Positions 8,875-17,250 of a stretch of DNA of 39,733 bases are shown piece after piece. Under the pieces are notes generated by a model. The model did no database searches. It had not been told where the DNA came from and saw nothing but the letters and a program-made list of their open reading frames with translations. This DNA comes from a virus: IMG/VR virus record IMGVR_UViG_3300031084_000003, positions 1 to 39,733 of that record; one strand, written 5' to 3'. How positions within the stretch are numbered: position 1 is the first letter of the stretch; each line of letters starts with the position of its first letter. The position numbers and the translations under genes were made by a program.

Positions 8875-8986
8875 CGAAGCCACGCTTAAAGTGCTGGCCA
8901 AGCGCTTGGCAAAAGAGACGGGTTTCTCGTCTGCCGAGATCCTGGCCATGCCCTTTAACGTGATGGTGTGGTGGCTCACGGATTGA
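8759..8986 (+). CDS. E': E' extension frame of the tail chaperone (needs a programmed frameshift from E; open in the +1 frame)
   Basis: The frame is open from 8759 to TGA 8984..8986. Its distal part EATLKVLAKRLAKETGFSSAEILAMPFNVMVWWLTD fits the P2 GpE' C-terminal pattern (F.W.PSEL..M...EL..W). It has no start codon of its own and ends 37 nt before T. Confidence 0.6.
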   Translation, partial: TCFAACSRPPRQNSRPSNTRTTCAFRRAIFAWLRKTTCNEATLKVLAKRLAKETGFSSAEILAMPFNVMVWWLTD

Positions 8987-9022
8987 GCCGCTGTTGATCT
9001 ACCCGACGTATAGGGCGCGCAC

Positions 9023-11509
9023 ATGGCGAACAAACTTGCTCTCGGCCTGGTGATTGGCGGGGCCGTCAGCTCGACGGTAGGGGCGGCGTTTAAGGACGTC
9101 AGCAACAAAATCAAGAAGCTGGAGGAACAAGGCAACAAGGCGCGGGTGCTGCAAAAGACCATCGGCGAAACCATGCGTTTGCGTGAGGAATGGCTCAAAG
9201 CGCACGCGGCCGGCGAAAAGGGCGCTGATGCGCTACGGCGAAAGCTGGAGAACAATCTGGACGGCCTGCGTAAGCAGGGCGTTGAGGTGCGCAACCTGAC
9301 CAAGGCTTACGCGGCCATGGGGCAGGCGGCGACAAAGGCCGAACTCAAGGCCAAGGGCCATATGCAACTTGATGCTGGTAAACAGCAGTTGAAAAGCAGC
9401 ATAGGCCAGGCGGCGGCCGCCACGGCAGCGATGGCTGTTCCTACGAAGGTGAGCGCGGACTATGGCGCGATCATTCGTGACATTGCGATCAAGGCAAACA
9501 TTGCCAACACGCCCGAAGAAGCGCAGATGTCGAAAACGATCATCGGCACGTCGCGTGATACCGGCATGGCCCGTAATCAGGTGGCCGAGGTGGTCAACGC
9601 CCTGGTGGGGGCTGGCATGGAGCTTGATAAGGCCATGTCTTACGCGCCGGTGGCGGCCAAGTTTGCAATTGGGCAGGGGTCGGACGGTGGCGAAACGGCG
9701 CGCATGATTAACGCGCTGGGGCAGAACGCCAAAATCTCCGATCCGGCGGTGATGCAAAAGGCGCTGGAGGCCATCGCCTATCAGGGCCAGGCCGGCAGTT
9801 TTGAAGCCGCCGACATGGCGCGTTGGTTCCCCGAGCTGCTGGCGGGCATGGGCAAGATCGGTATCACCGGCATGGATGCGGTGACGCAACTGGGCTCAAT
9901 GCTACAGGTGCAAATGAAGACCGCCGGCGGCGCTGATGAAGCGGCCAACAACCTCAAAAACTGGATGGAGAAAATCGGTTCTGGCGATACGGTCAAGGCC
10001 TACAAGGATGCCGGAATTGACTACCAAGGGTCGATGAATACCGGCCTGCAAAACGGTAAATCCACGCTGGAATCAAGCTTTGAGCTGGCACAAAAGTACA
10101 TCGCGGCCACGGACCCTAAGAAGGCCGCCGCAATGGCGGCCGCTACGGCGAAGATCAGTAAGGAGACGGACCCCGAGAAGGCCAAGGCCATGATTGCATC
10201 CCTGGAGCAGGCTTTGCGTACCGGGGATCTGTTCGCAGATATGCAGGTTAAAGGCGCTTTGACGGCCTATATGCAGAACAAAGAGCTGTACGCCCAGCTC
10301 AAGAAAGACTCGGCCTCGGCCACTGGCATCCTTGATAAGAACCTTGAGGAGCGCCGGCAGGCTTCAGCGCAGAAATGGGCCGAAATGGCCCAGGGCATGG
10401 ATGACGCTATGCGCGCCATTGGTGATGCGTTCCGGCCGGTCACTGACAAAGTGGCGGATGGCCTGGCATACGTCTCCCAGGGGCTGGCCAAGCTGTCGGA
10501 CGAATCGCCCCGGGTTGTGACCGGTATCGGCGCTGCCGTTGCCGCCGTGATCGCTTTCCAGACCGCTATGAGCGGATTCAAGATCGCCAAGGGCCTGCTC
10601 AACCTTGGGCGCGGTTCGTTGATGGGTAATCCCAATATCCCGCAAAAAGTCATTGTTACCAACATGCCTATGGGTGGATCTGGTGGCATGGATTTGGGCG
10701 GCGTCGATGACGCTGGCGGTAAGGATGGGAAGGGCAAGGGCAGGGGTGGCGGCCGTGGCCGAAGTCCCGGCCGTGGCGTTGGCGCGGGTCTGAAGGGGCC
10801 GGCAGTGTTGGCCGTAATTGAGGCCGGTTTTAAGGTCAAAGACACTTACGACAACGCTGAAACCCAGAACGAAAAAGCTGAAGGCTATGGCGCGGCGGCT
10901 GGTGGTCTTGCCGGCACGCTTGCCGGTGCGGCGGCCGGTGCGGCCATTGGTTCGGCGGTGCCAGTAATAGGCACCATCTTGGGTGGCCTGATTGGGGGTT
11001 ATCTGGGAAGCCTGGGCGGCGACGCTTTGGGCGGTGCCATCGGCAAGTCGATGTTTGGCTCTGACGAAAGCAAGAACGCCATGCCTGTGGCCGGCCCGCT
11101 GATGATGAAGGATGCCGGCAAGGACGTCCCGCCGGTACTGGGGGATATCGCCAAGTCGTTCGCGCCTTCGCGCGCGGGGCCTCTTGTGTTGGCCAATCCA
11201 GGCCCAGGCACGCTGCCGGGAACGCCTGGCACGGTCAATCCGGGTGATGCCGCGCGCTCCATGATGATGCCCCAGGCTAGTGCAGACGCGGTTGCGGCAC
11301 CACTTGCGGCGGCTGTGGTGGCGAAGGTGCAGCCGGCGAATATCGAATCCAAGGTTGATATTCACGCGCCTATCTCGCTCACGGTGCAAGGCGACGTGAA
11401 AGACCCGAACGAGATCCTGGCCCAGCTGCGGCCGATGATGGAGCAGCAACAACGGGAGATCGCCCAGCAGTTGGAAAACCGCAAGCTCTACGATGCGCCC
11501 AATATCTAA
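9023..11509 (+). CDS. T: Tail tape measure protein
   Basis: 828 aa, Ala/Gly-rich and coiled-coil, with a Gly-rich hydrophobic segment. P2 T position. Confidence 0.9.
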   Translation: MANKLALGLVIGGAVSSTVGAAFKDVSNKIKKLEEQGNKARVLQKTIGETMRLREEWLKAHAAGEKGADALRRKLENNLDGLRKQGVEVRNLTKAYAAMGQAATKAELKAKGHMQLDAGKQQLKSSIGQAAAATAAMAVPTKVSADYGAIIRDIAIKANIANTPEEAQMSKTIIGTSRDTGMARNQVAEVVNALVGAGMELDKAMSYAPVAAKFAIGQGSDGGETARMINALGQNAKISDPAVMQKALEAIAYQGQAGSFEAADMARWFPELLAGMGKIGITGMDAVTQLGSMLQVQMKTAGGADEAANNLKNWMEKIGSGDTVKAYKDAGIDYQGSMNTGLQNGKSTLESSFELAQKYIAATDPKKAAAMAAATAKISKETDPEKAKAMIASLEQALRTGDLFADMQVKGALTAYMQNKELYAQLKKDSASATGILDKNLEERRQASAQKWAEMAQGMDDAMRAIGDAFRPVTDKVADGLAYVSQGLAKLSDESPRVVTGIGAAVAAVIAFQTAMSGFKIAKGLLNLGRGSLMGNPNIPQKVIVTNMPMGGSGGMDLGGVDDAGGKDGKGKGRGGGRGRSPGRGVGAGLKGPAVLAVIEAGFKVKDTYDNAETQNEKAEGYGAAAGGLAGTLAGAAAGAAIGSAVPVIGTILGGLIGGYLGSLGGDALGGAIGKSMFGSDESKNAMPVAGPLMMKDAGKDVPPVLGDIAKSFAPSRAGPLVLANPGPGTLPGTPGTVNPGDAARSMMMPQASADAVAAPLAAAVVAKVQPANIESKVDIHAPISLTVQGDVKDPNEILAQLRPMMEQQQREIAQQLENRKLYDAPNI

Positions 11510-11518
11510 GGGGGGAAT

Positions 11519-12364
11519 ATGGAATCACTGGCACAGCTACAGTCCGGCCTGAAGTACCTGGCCACGGCCGGCGAAGCGGGCCGGCGCAGTATCGACGGGG
11601 TGATTGGTCCGGTAAACGGGGCGATCAGCGAAATCACCGGCGCGGCCAATGAGCTGGAGGATCTGCCGTTTATTGGTCCTGCCGTGGGGGAAAAGCTCCA
11701 GCGTGTCATGCGCGGTATTGCCACTGCCCAGGCCAAGGTTGGCCAAGTGGTTGCCACCTATAACCGGGCCTCGCGCGCCCTGTCGCAGATTGACGAGCGT
11801 CTGGGTACCTTGAAGGAGCAGGCCGGGCGGGCAGCTACGGCGATCAACAAGATCGCCGGCAAGATTGACCCGTCGCTGGCCAATATCCTGCCGACCGGTG
11901 CGTTTGCCACGGACGGCACGCCGGCGAAAGAGGCGGTGAAGCCTTTCCCCCATCTGCTGATCATTCAGCCGCTGGATCCGAAGGCGCAGCCGTATTACTT
12001 CAACCTCGATACGGCGGCTTTTGACTCGTTGCGGCGCTCGACCGAATACCGCTGGGCCTCCCAGGAGCGTCTGACGCGACGGGCCGCCCAGCAGGCCGTG
12101 GGTATGGGTGACGAGAAAATGACGCTCAAGGGCGATATTTTTCCGGGCTACCGTGGAGGGCTGGAGCAGCTCAACACACTGCGTTCGATAGGTTCCCAGC
12201 TCAAGCCGGTGACCCTGACCACGGGCTATGGCATGGTGCTGGGCACCTGGTGCCTCAAGACGATTGACGAAGATCAAAGCGCGCTGATGCAGGGCGGTAT
12301 TCCCCGCAAACAGGCGTTTACCTTGGAGTTTGTACGCTATGGCGACGATATGCAGAACATCTGA
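11519..12364 (+). CDS. U: Tail protein, P2 gpU-like with an N-terminal extension of about 140 aa
   Basis: The C-terminal roughly 140 aa (PHLLIIQPL....YYFNLD...FDSL.R...YRW..QERL......Q..G.GD..M.L.G.IFP) fits the GpU pattern. The N-terminal helical part is extra. Confidence 0.75.
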   Translation: MESLAQLQSGLKYLATAGEAGRRSIDGVIGPVNGAISEITGAANELEDLPFIGPAVGEKLQRVMRGIATAQAKVGQVVATYNRASRALSQIDERLGTLKEQAGRAATAINKIAGKIDPSLANILPTGAFATDGTPAKEAVKPFPHLLIIQPLDPKAQPYYFNLDTAAFDSLRRSTEYRWASQERLTRRAAQQAVGMGDEKMTLKGDIFPGYRGGLEQLNTLRSIGSQLKPVTLTTGYGMVLGTWCLKTIDEDQSALMQGGIPRKQAFTLEFVRYGDDMQNI

Positions 12365-12545
12365 CGGGGATCTGCTGGATACCATTTGCCATAACTTCTA
12401 TGGCCATCTAGTGGGCAGTGTCGAGGCAGTTCTTGCGGCTAATCAGGGCCTGGCGGATGAGGATCAGCCTTACCGTGCCGGCGTGCTAATTGTCTTGCCG
12501 GATTTGCCAGGCGCTGTAGATGAGCAAGTGGCTCTGTGGGACTGA
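12339..12545 (+). CDS. X: Tail protein X (P2 gpX-like)
   Basis: ORF 12330..12545, ATG at 12339. TSDGDLLDTICHNFYG....VEAVLAANQGLA......AGVLIVLPD is the Phage_tail_X pattern. Confidence 0.8.
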   Translation: MATICRTSDGDLLDTICHNFYGHLVGSVEAVLAANQGLADEDQPYRAGVLIVLPDLPGAVDEQVALWD

Positions 12546-12546
12546 T

Positions 12547-12918
12547 TCAGTCCAGTGCGTCCAGGCAGGCCTGCCGCTCTTTGTCGTAGCTCTCTATGCC
12601 GTTGTCGAACTGCTGTTTGTTGTTGCCAAGCAGGCCTTGCCACGACGATCCCGCGCTGATTGAAGCCTCGTTGCACTTGTGAAACGGGGTAAAGAGAACG
12701 CCGAATTTCTGGCCTTCGTTCTGGAGTGCGTTCAAGTCCTGGGCCTGCCTGCGCCGGGCTACAGGATCAATTTTGCCGCTGAGGATCTGTGCGTTTCCGC
12801 GCTCCACCGCCGCATCCAGGCGGGTAATAAAGTCCTTTGCTTCACGCTTCGTTGGTTCGGCGGCTTGGCTGGAAAGCGCAGCGCCGGCGAGCAGCGCGGC
12901 AAATAAAGTCCGTTTCAT
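12547..12918 (-). CDS. Secreted/periplasmic protein of unknown function, antisense moron between X and D
   Basis: 123 aa with a signal-peptide-like N-terminus MKRTLFAALLAGAALSSQA/AEP and two Cys. AAAGGAA Shine-Dalgarno (SD) sequence. Candidate promoter TGGACT-N17-TAGAAT on the minus strand (12975..12980 and 12952..12957). Confidence 0.75.
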   Translation of the reverse strand: MKRTLFAALLAGAALSSQAAEPTKREAKDFITRLDAAVERGNAQILSGKIDPVARRRQAQDLNALQNEGQKFGVLFTPFHKCNEASISAGSSWQGLLGNNKQQFDNGIESYDKERQACLDALD

Positions 12919-12985
12919 GGGGTTCCTTTCTGGCTGAGGTTGGAGGCCGGGATTCTATGGGCGGCCGTGGGCTGAGTCCATTCAG

Positions 12986-12999
12986 CGTTACGCGTAACG
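12986..12999. promoter_or_regulatory. Palindrome CGTTACGCGTAACG (16-mer at 12985..13000) in the divergent region between the antisense moron and D
   Basis: Perfect copy. It starts 5 nt upstream of the candidate -35 of the minus-strand promoter and lies 45 nt before the D ATG. Confidence 0.6.
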
Positions 13000-13043
13000 C
13001 CACCCCTTAATCCCGCCCTGTGCGTTCTCTTGGTCAATGCCCT

Positions 13044-14093
13044 ATGACTCCGCAATTTAGAATCGTCGCGAACGGTTCCGACATCACGTCGCTGATTAAC
13101 GATCGGCTTTTACTGTTACGCACCACGGACAAGCCCGGCATGGAGTCGGACGAGTTTGAGTTGCGCATTGACGACCGTGACGGCCTGGTGACGCTGCCCA
13201 AGCGCGGCGCCGGGATCGAGGTCTACCTGGGCTATGTGGAAACGTCCCTGGTGCGCCTGGGGCGGTATGTGGTCGATGAAATCGAGGTTTCAGGCCCGCC
13301 GGACACCATCGTTATCCGGGGCAAGGCCAGCGATATGCGCGGCACCGGAAAATCGATCCGCAGCGGTAGCTGGGAAGACGTGCCCCTTTCGAAAATCGTT
13401 TCCGATATCGCCGCGCGAAATGGTTGGACGCCGGCCTGCACCATCGCCACGAAGGTCGCCCGCGCTGACCAGCTCCACGAATCAGACTTTAGCTTTGTCA
13501 CGCGTCTGGCCAAGCAGTACGACTGCACCGCCAAGGTGGGCGACGGCAAACTGATGGTGATGCAGCGCCAAGCGGGGCTGAGTGCCAGCGGAAAGGTAAT
13601 TGGCGCGATCATCCTCACGCGTAGCGACGTCAGCCGCTGGCAGTTCCGCCTGGGCGACCGTAGCGCGCACAAGACCGTGACGGCCAAGCATCAGGACAAG
13701 AAGACGGGCACGTTGTCGGTGGTCTCCCTGGAGAATGACGACGTGCCGGATGGCCTGCCGGCAGTGCACACCGACCGACACATTCACCCGAACAAGACCG
13801 CCGCTGAATCTGCGGCCAAGGCGCGCTTGGCGGCGTTCAACCGCTCCACGGCCGGCGTGCGCCTGGAAATGCCTGGGCGCACCGACTTGTTCGCGGAACG
13901 CTCTATCAATGCCCAGGGCTTCAAGGTGGGGCTTGATGGCGAGTACCTAGTTGATTCCGTGGAGCAGACATTCACCCAAGCCGGCTGGTCCACCACCGTC
14001 GAATGCAACGGCGGCAAAAAGGGTAAGGCTAAAGCCAAGGGCAAGAAAACCAAGAAAGCCGCGAAGCCCGTCAAGGTTGTCAGCCTGGCGTAG
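13044..14093 (+). CDS. D: Tail protein D (P2 late control gene D-like)
   Basis: ATG at 13044 gives MTPQFRIVANGSDITSLINDRLLLLRTTDKPG.ESDEFELRIDDRD, parallel to the P2 gpD N-terminus. Unusual Lys-rich C-terminal tail GGKKGKAKAKGKKTKKAAKP. Confidence 0.9.
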   Translation: MTPQFRIVANGSDITSLINDRLLLLRTTDKPGMESDEFELRIDDRDGLVTLPKRGAGIEVYLGYVETSLVRLGRYVVDEIEVSGPPDTIVIRGKASDMRGTGKSIRSGSWEDVPLSKIVSDIAARNGWTPACTIATKVARADQLHESDFSFVTRLAKQYDCTAKVGDGKLMVMQRQAGLSASGKVIGAIILTRSDVSRWQFRLGDRSAHKTVTAKHQDKKTGTLSVVSLENDDVPDGLPAVHTDRHIHPNKTAAESAAKARLAAFNRSTAGVRLEMPGRTDLFAERSINAQGFKVGLDGEYLVDSVEQTFTQAGWSTTVECNGGKKGKAKAKGKKTKKAAKPVKVVSLA

Positions 14094-14150
14094 CGGCGCT
14101 GTGCACCATCCACACCCGCCGCGTGCGGGCTATTCCCGTTAGGAGCTTGT

Positions 14151-14810
14151 ATGCCCATCACCCAGCAGCAGTTGCTGCAAATCCTCCCGAACGCCCGCCC
14201 AGTCGCGGGCGTTTTTGTGTCTGCCCTCAATCAGGCTATGGCGCGGTTCGACATCACTTCGCCGGTGCGCCAGGCGGCGTTCGTGGCCCAGGTGGGGCAC
14301 GAGTCCCTGCACCTGACCAAGCTATCGGAAAGTCTCTACTACAAGGACGCCGAGCGCGTGGCGGGCTTGTTCAAATACGGCTTTGACCTGAATCGAAACG
14401 GCAAGGTGGACGCCGCCGAAGTGGCAGACGCCCAGGCTTATCTGCGCAACTCCGAAAAGTTAGCCAACCGTGTCTATGCCAATCGCATGGGCAATGGTCC
14501 TGAAGCATCTGGCGACGGCTATCGCTATCGGGCGCGGGGCTGCATTGGTATCACCGGCCGGGATATGTATCGCCGGTGTGGCCAGGCCCTTGGGCTGCCG
14601 CTGGTTGACCGTCCGGAGCTGCTGGAGCTGCCCGAGAATGCCGCACTGTCGGCCGCCTGGTTCTGGTGGGATCACCGCTTGAATGAGCTGGCCGACGCCG
14701 GCGCCTTCGACAGCATCACGCGGGTTATCAATGGTGGCCAGACCGGCCGGGAGGATCGTTTGGGGCTGTGGGCTAAAGCCAAGGTGGTGCTATGTCTGCC
14801 CTCGATTTGA
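14151..14810 (+). CDS. Endolysin, glycoside hydrolase family 19 type
   Basis: AAFVAQVGHES...E and YRYRARGCIGITGRDMY motifs typical of GH19 lysozymes. AGGAG SD sequence. Confidence 0.85.
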   Translation: MPITQQQLLQILPNARPVAGVFVSALNQAMARFDITSPVRQAAFVAQVGHESLHLTKLSESLYYKDAERVAGLFKYGFDLNRNGKVDAAEVADAQAYLRNSEKLANRVYANRMGNGPEASGDGYRYRARGCIGITGRDMYRRCGQALGLPLVDRPELLELPENAALSAAWFWWDHRLNELADAGAFDSITRVINGGQTGREDRLGLWAKAKVVLCLPSI

Positions 14811-15355
14811 TCCCGGCAACGCTGCGGCCCTGGGCGTCTGTCCTGGCGGTGCTGTTGATCGCTGGCGCCGGCGCGTGGGGCGCCTGGACTGTGCAGGACT
14901 TGCGTTACGGTAACGCGCTGGCCAAGCAAGAAACCAAGGCCGCCGAGAAGGCGCGAGGCATTGCCGAATCGACGGCCGCGCAACTCAGGCGCGAGCAGAG
15001 CCGGGGCCTGGCCCTGGAAGCTCGCATAAGGATCGATGAACAGGCCCACTACAAGGAACTCACCGATGCAAAGAAAGCTCGCCAGCTTGTGTTTGATCGT
15101 CTTGCCACTACTGATTTGCGGCTGTCAGTCCTCCTTGCCGCTGGATCCGGCCGCCCAGGTGATGCCGGAGTGTCGGCCACCACCAGCCCCGGCGGCGTGG
15201 ATCATGGAGGCGCGCGAGCCGAACTTGACCCAGCGCATGCTCAAAGAATTGTCGGCATCACCGGTGACGGTGACGACGGACTAACCGCGCTGGCTGCGTG
15301 CCAGGGTTGGGTGCGTGAAGTCTTGACGGCGGGCAAGACGGCGGCGGCATTGTAG
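14792..15355 (+). CDS. Rz: i-spanin (Rz-like)
   Basis: 187 aa with an N-terminal TM (WASVLAVLLIAGAGAWGAW), then coiled coil. It overlaps the endolysin 3' end and contains the Rz1 ORF in the +1 frame. Confidence 0.8.
   Translation: MSALDLIPATLRPWASVLAVLLIAGAGAWGAWTVQDLRYGNALAKQETKAAEKARGIAESTAAQLRREQSRGLALEARIRIDEQAHYKELTDAKKARQLVFDRLATTDLRLSVLLAAGSGRPGDAGVSATTSPGGVDHGGARAELDPAHAQRIVGITGDGDDGLTALAACQGWVREVLTAGKTAAAL
15066..15284 (+). CDS. Rz1: o-spanin (Rz1-like lipoprotein) embedded in Rz
   Basis: MQRKLASLCLIVLPLLICGCQSS has a lipobox-like signal, followed by a Pro-rich mature part (PECRPPPAPAAW). Nested within Rz as in lambda. Confidence 0.75.
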   Translation: MQRKLASLCLIVLPLLICGCQSSLPLDPAAQVMPECRPPPAPAAWIMEAREPNLTQRMLKELSASPVTVTTD

Positions 15356-15524
15356 GGGCGGGCTTTATCCGACGGAGGGTTGGCGGCGTGTAAGCCTCCC
15401 TCGGGTAAAGTGCGCCGGCCGCGCGCCACTGCGGGGCCACCACTGTTTATATATCCAGTATTGAGCGATTCTAGATAGAATCGTCGCACTTGTACTTGAA
15501 TGACTGCTGTAGGAAGGAGCCCCT

Positions 15525-15707
15525 ATGTCGAATACACCCTCTGCAAACCCTTTGATCAAAAGTGACCAAGCGTCTACTATCGACGCGATTAATCACTACA
15601 TAGAGTTGTTGTGCATACAGAAAGCCAACGACGACACAGCGCATCCAGGGGAAGCGCTGCAACTGGAGACGTTGCGGCAGGCTATTGTATCGCTGAGGAA
15701 AGTGTAA
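15525..15707 (+). CDS. Hypothetical 60-aa protein in an AT-rich islet
   Basis: GGAAGGAG SD 6 nt before the ATG. Local AT-richness contrasts with the flanks. The stop lies inside the 16-bp palindrome at 15701..15716. Confidence 0.6.
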   Translation: MSNTPSANPLIKSDQASTIDAINHYIELLCIQKANDDTAHPGEALQLETLRQAIVSLRKV

Positions 15708-15725
15708 ATTTACACTAATTGTGGA
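15701..15725. promoter_or_regulatory. Perfect 16-bp palindrome AGTGTAAATTTACACT overlapping a TACAC-N5-GTGGA operator-like site
   Basis: Read directly. It shares GTGTAAATT and TACAC half-sites with the sites at 25585, 26384, 26447, 30845 and 30864. Confidence 0.5.
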
Positions 15726-15823
15726 CGACTAAAGTTAGGCGCGTTATTCTGAGCGCCGTCAGCCCCTTGGGGCACAGCAGTTACGAAGAATTAGAAATTT
15801 TTAGGCAGGCTTAAAAAAGAAAA

Positions 15824-15852
15824 CCCCCGACCTTGGCGGGACGGGGGTTTCT
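15824..15852 (+). terminator. Intrinsic terminator ending the late/lysis region
   Basis: CCCCCG-N12-CGGGGG followed by TTTCT. An A-run upstream makes it potentially bidirectional. Confidence 0.7.
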
Positions 15853-16055
15853 GGTAATCAGCACAAATATGGCTTCAAACCGGGCAGGTAGAAGTCTATT
15901 AGCTGATCACCGCATAAGCAAGCCCTAGCATCTAGGGAAGTTTGGATGATTGGCGAAGCCTCAGTAGAAGGCCGCCCCGGCATTATGCGGGGGCGCATAG
16001 ATTTTCAGCCCCTGGCCCGCGCCCTGCGCCGGGTTCTGGCTGTCGGTGGCTCCCT

Positions 16056-16949
16056 GTGAGGTCCGTTAGCCAGTTGCTGCCAGGCTCCATTGAGGCCGCC
16101 GCGTATGCGGGCCTGTCTGATATCCCCGACCTACTGCCCAAGCGTAAGAAGTTGCCACTGCGCGACCGCGCGGGCCAGCAGCGCCGGCTAACAGGCGTCA
16201 CCGCCGATCAGGGCCGCATGTTCGGCGGCCTGTTCAATAAGGCCATTGCCCGCGTTCATGAAGAAGCCGACAAGCGCGAGGGCAAATTCCTGCGCCGCTT
16301 TGACGATATCAACGACTCCCGCACCTATCAGCAACGATGGGACGCCCTGGCCGAGCTGATAGGCCCGCTATGCGCGCGCCTCGATCTGGCGCAGTTGGTG
16401 GTGGGTTGGCTGGACAAGAATGGCAAGATGCACGTTAACCGTCAGCGCAAGTTGTGCGAGGACTCCGGCGTTCGCGAGTGGACACTATCGCGCCTACTGA
16501 CCGATCTGGAGCGTGCCGGCTATGTGCGTCGCAAGTTCCGCCGGATCTTTCACAAGGGCACGAAGTGGATAACGCGCGTAACGATCCACGTACGCCGCCG
16601 CTTTTTTATCGACCTGGGGCTAGGCCACGAACTGGCCGAAGCGCAAACCCGTAAGCGCGTCGAGCGTCGTACTGTGTTGGGCGTGGCTCAGAACAACCGC
16701 AAAGCCGCCTTTACCAAAGAGCAGGCGGCCGCCAAGGTTCGCAAGGACTCCCACGAAGGCGCCCAGCGCGCCGCCAGGCGCAAGCAGCAGCAACAGCAGG
16801 GCGTCGACAAGGTGGAATATAAGCGCGCCTGGACAGCTGCCTGGGTGGAGTTCGCCCAGTCTCGCCCAGACCTTACCGGCCGACAGCGCTCCGAGGTGTT
16901 TACCCGGGAACACCCACACTTCGCCGTTCACCCCGACAGCCTCCCCTAG
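16056..16949 (+). CDS. repA: Plasmid-type replication initiator, IncFII RepA-like (start uncertain: TTG 15942, GTG 16056 or ATG 16218)
   Basis: The segment RWDALAELIGPLCARLD......L....G.....LSRLLTDLERAGYV......I.....FFIDLGL, followed by a basic R/K/Q tail, parallels the R1/R100 RepA layout by eye. The extreme N-terminus of the long ORF looks non-coding. Confidence 0.55.
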   Translation: MRSVSQLLPGSIEAAAYAGLSDIPDLLPKRKKLPLRDRAGQQRRLTGVTADQGRMFGGLFNKAIARVHEEADKREGKFLRRFDDINDSRTYQQRWDALAELIGPLCARLDLAQLVVGWLDKNGKMHVNRQRKLCEDSGVREWTLSRLLTDLERAGYVRRKFRRIFHKGTKWITRVTIHVRRRFFIDLGLGHELAEAQTRKRVERRTVLGVAQNNRKAAFTKEQAAAKVRKDSHEGAQRAARRKQQQQQGVDKVEYKRAWTAAWVEFAQSRPDLTGRQRSEVFTREHPHFAVHPDSLP

Positions 16950-17250
16950 CTTCTCTCAGACTGCACCGCCCCCCGGCGGTGCCTTCGCACGTCTGTACCC
17001 CGCCAAAGCCCGTACGGGCGCATACAGCCCCACAAATTCCCCCTCTGATCGTCCGAACACCCCCGTTTCCGAGCAAATCCCCTCCCGAAATCCGAAGGCG
17101 CGCACCGTTCAAGCGGGAGGCTTTTAAATATCTGCAAGATTAGGCGTTCACTGGTACCGAAGGGCTTTTAAAGATCCGCTTTAAAGCTCATAAACCATGC
17201 CAACTGTGCATGACTGACTGACGAAATAAGAATGCCTGCCCACTTCGCGC
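16950..17250. other. Candidate origin of replication downstream of repA
   Basis: An ORF-free, C-run-rich stretch, then AT-rich DNA carrying two 13/14-identical repeats GGCTTTTAAA(T/G)ATC at 17119..17132 and 17163..17176, 44 bp apart. Confidence 0.35.

Noticed and set aside
8859-8963. The -1 frame downstream of gpE as the E' extension
   Set aside because: The frame is open only for 35 codons and encodes RGRRRV TKPRLKCWPSAWQKRRVSRLPRSWPCPLT, with no similarity to the GpE' pattern. The +1 frame carries the conserved-looking sequence.
15942-16055. N-terminal extension of the RepA-like ORF from the TTG at 15942
   Set aside because: The translated segment (MDDWRSLSRRPPRHYAGAHRFSAPGPRPAPGSGCRW) is Arg/Pro/Gly junk with no SD sequence. 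The real start is more likely GTG 16056 or ATG 16218, but this remains unresolved.
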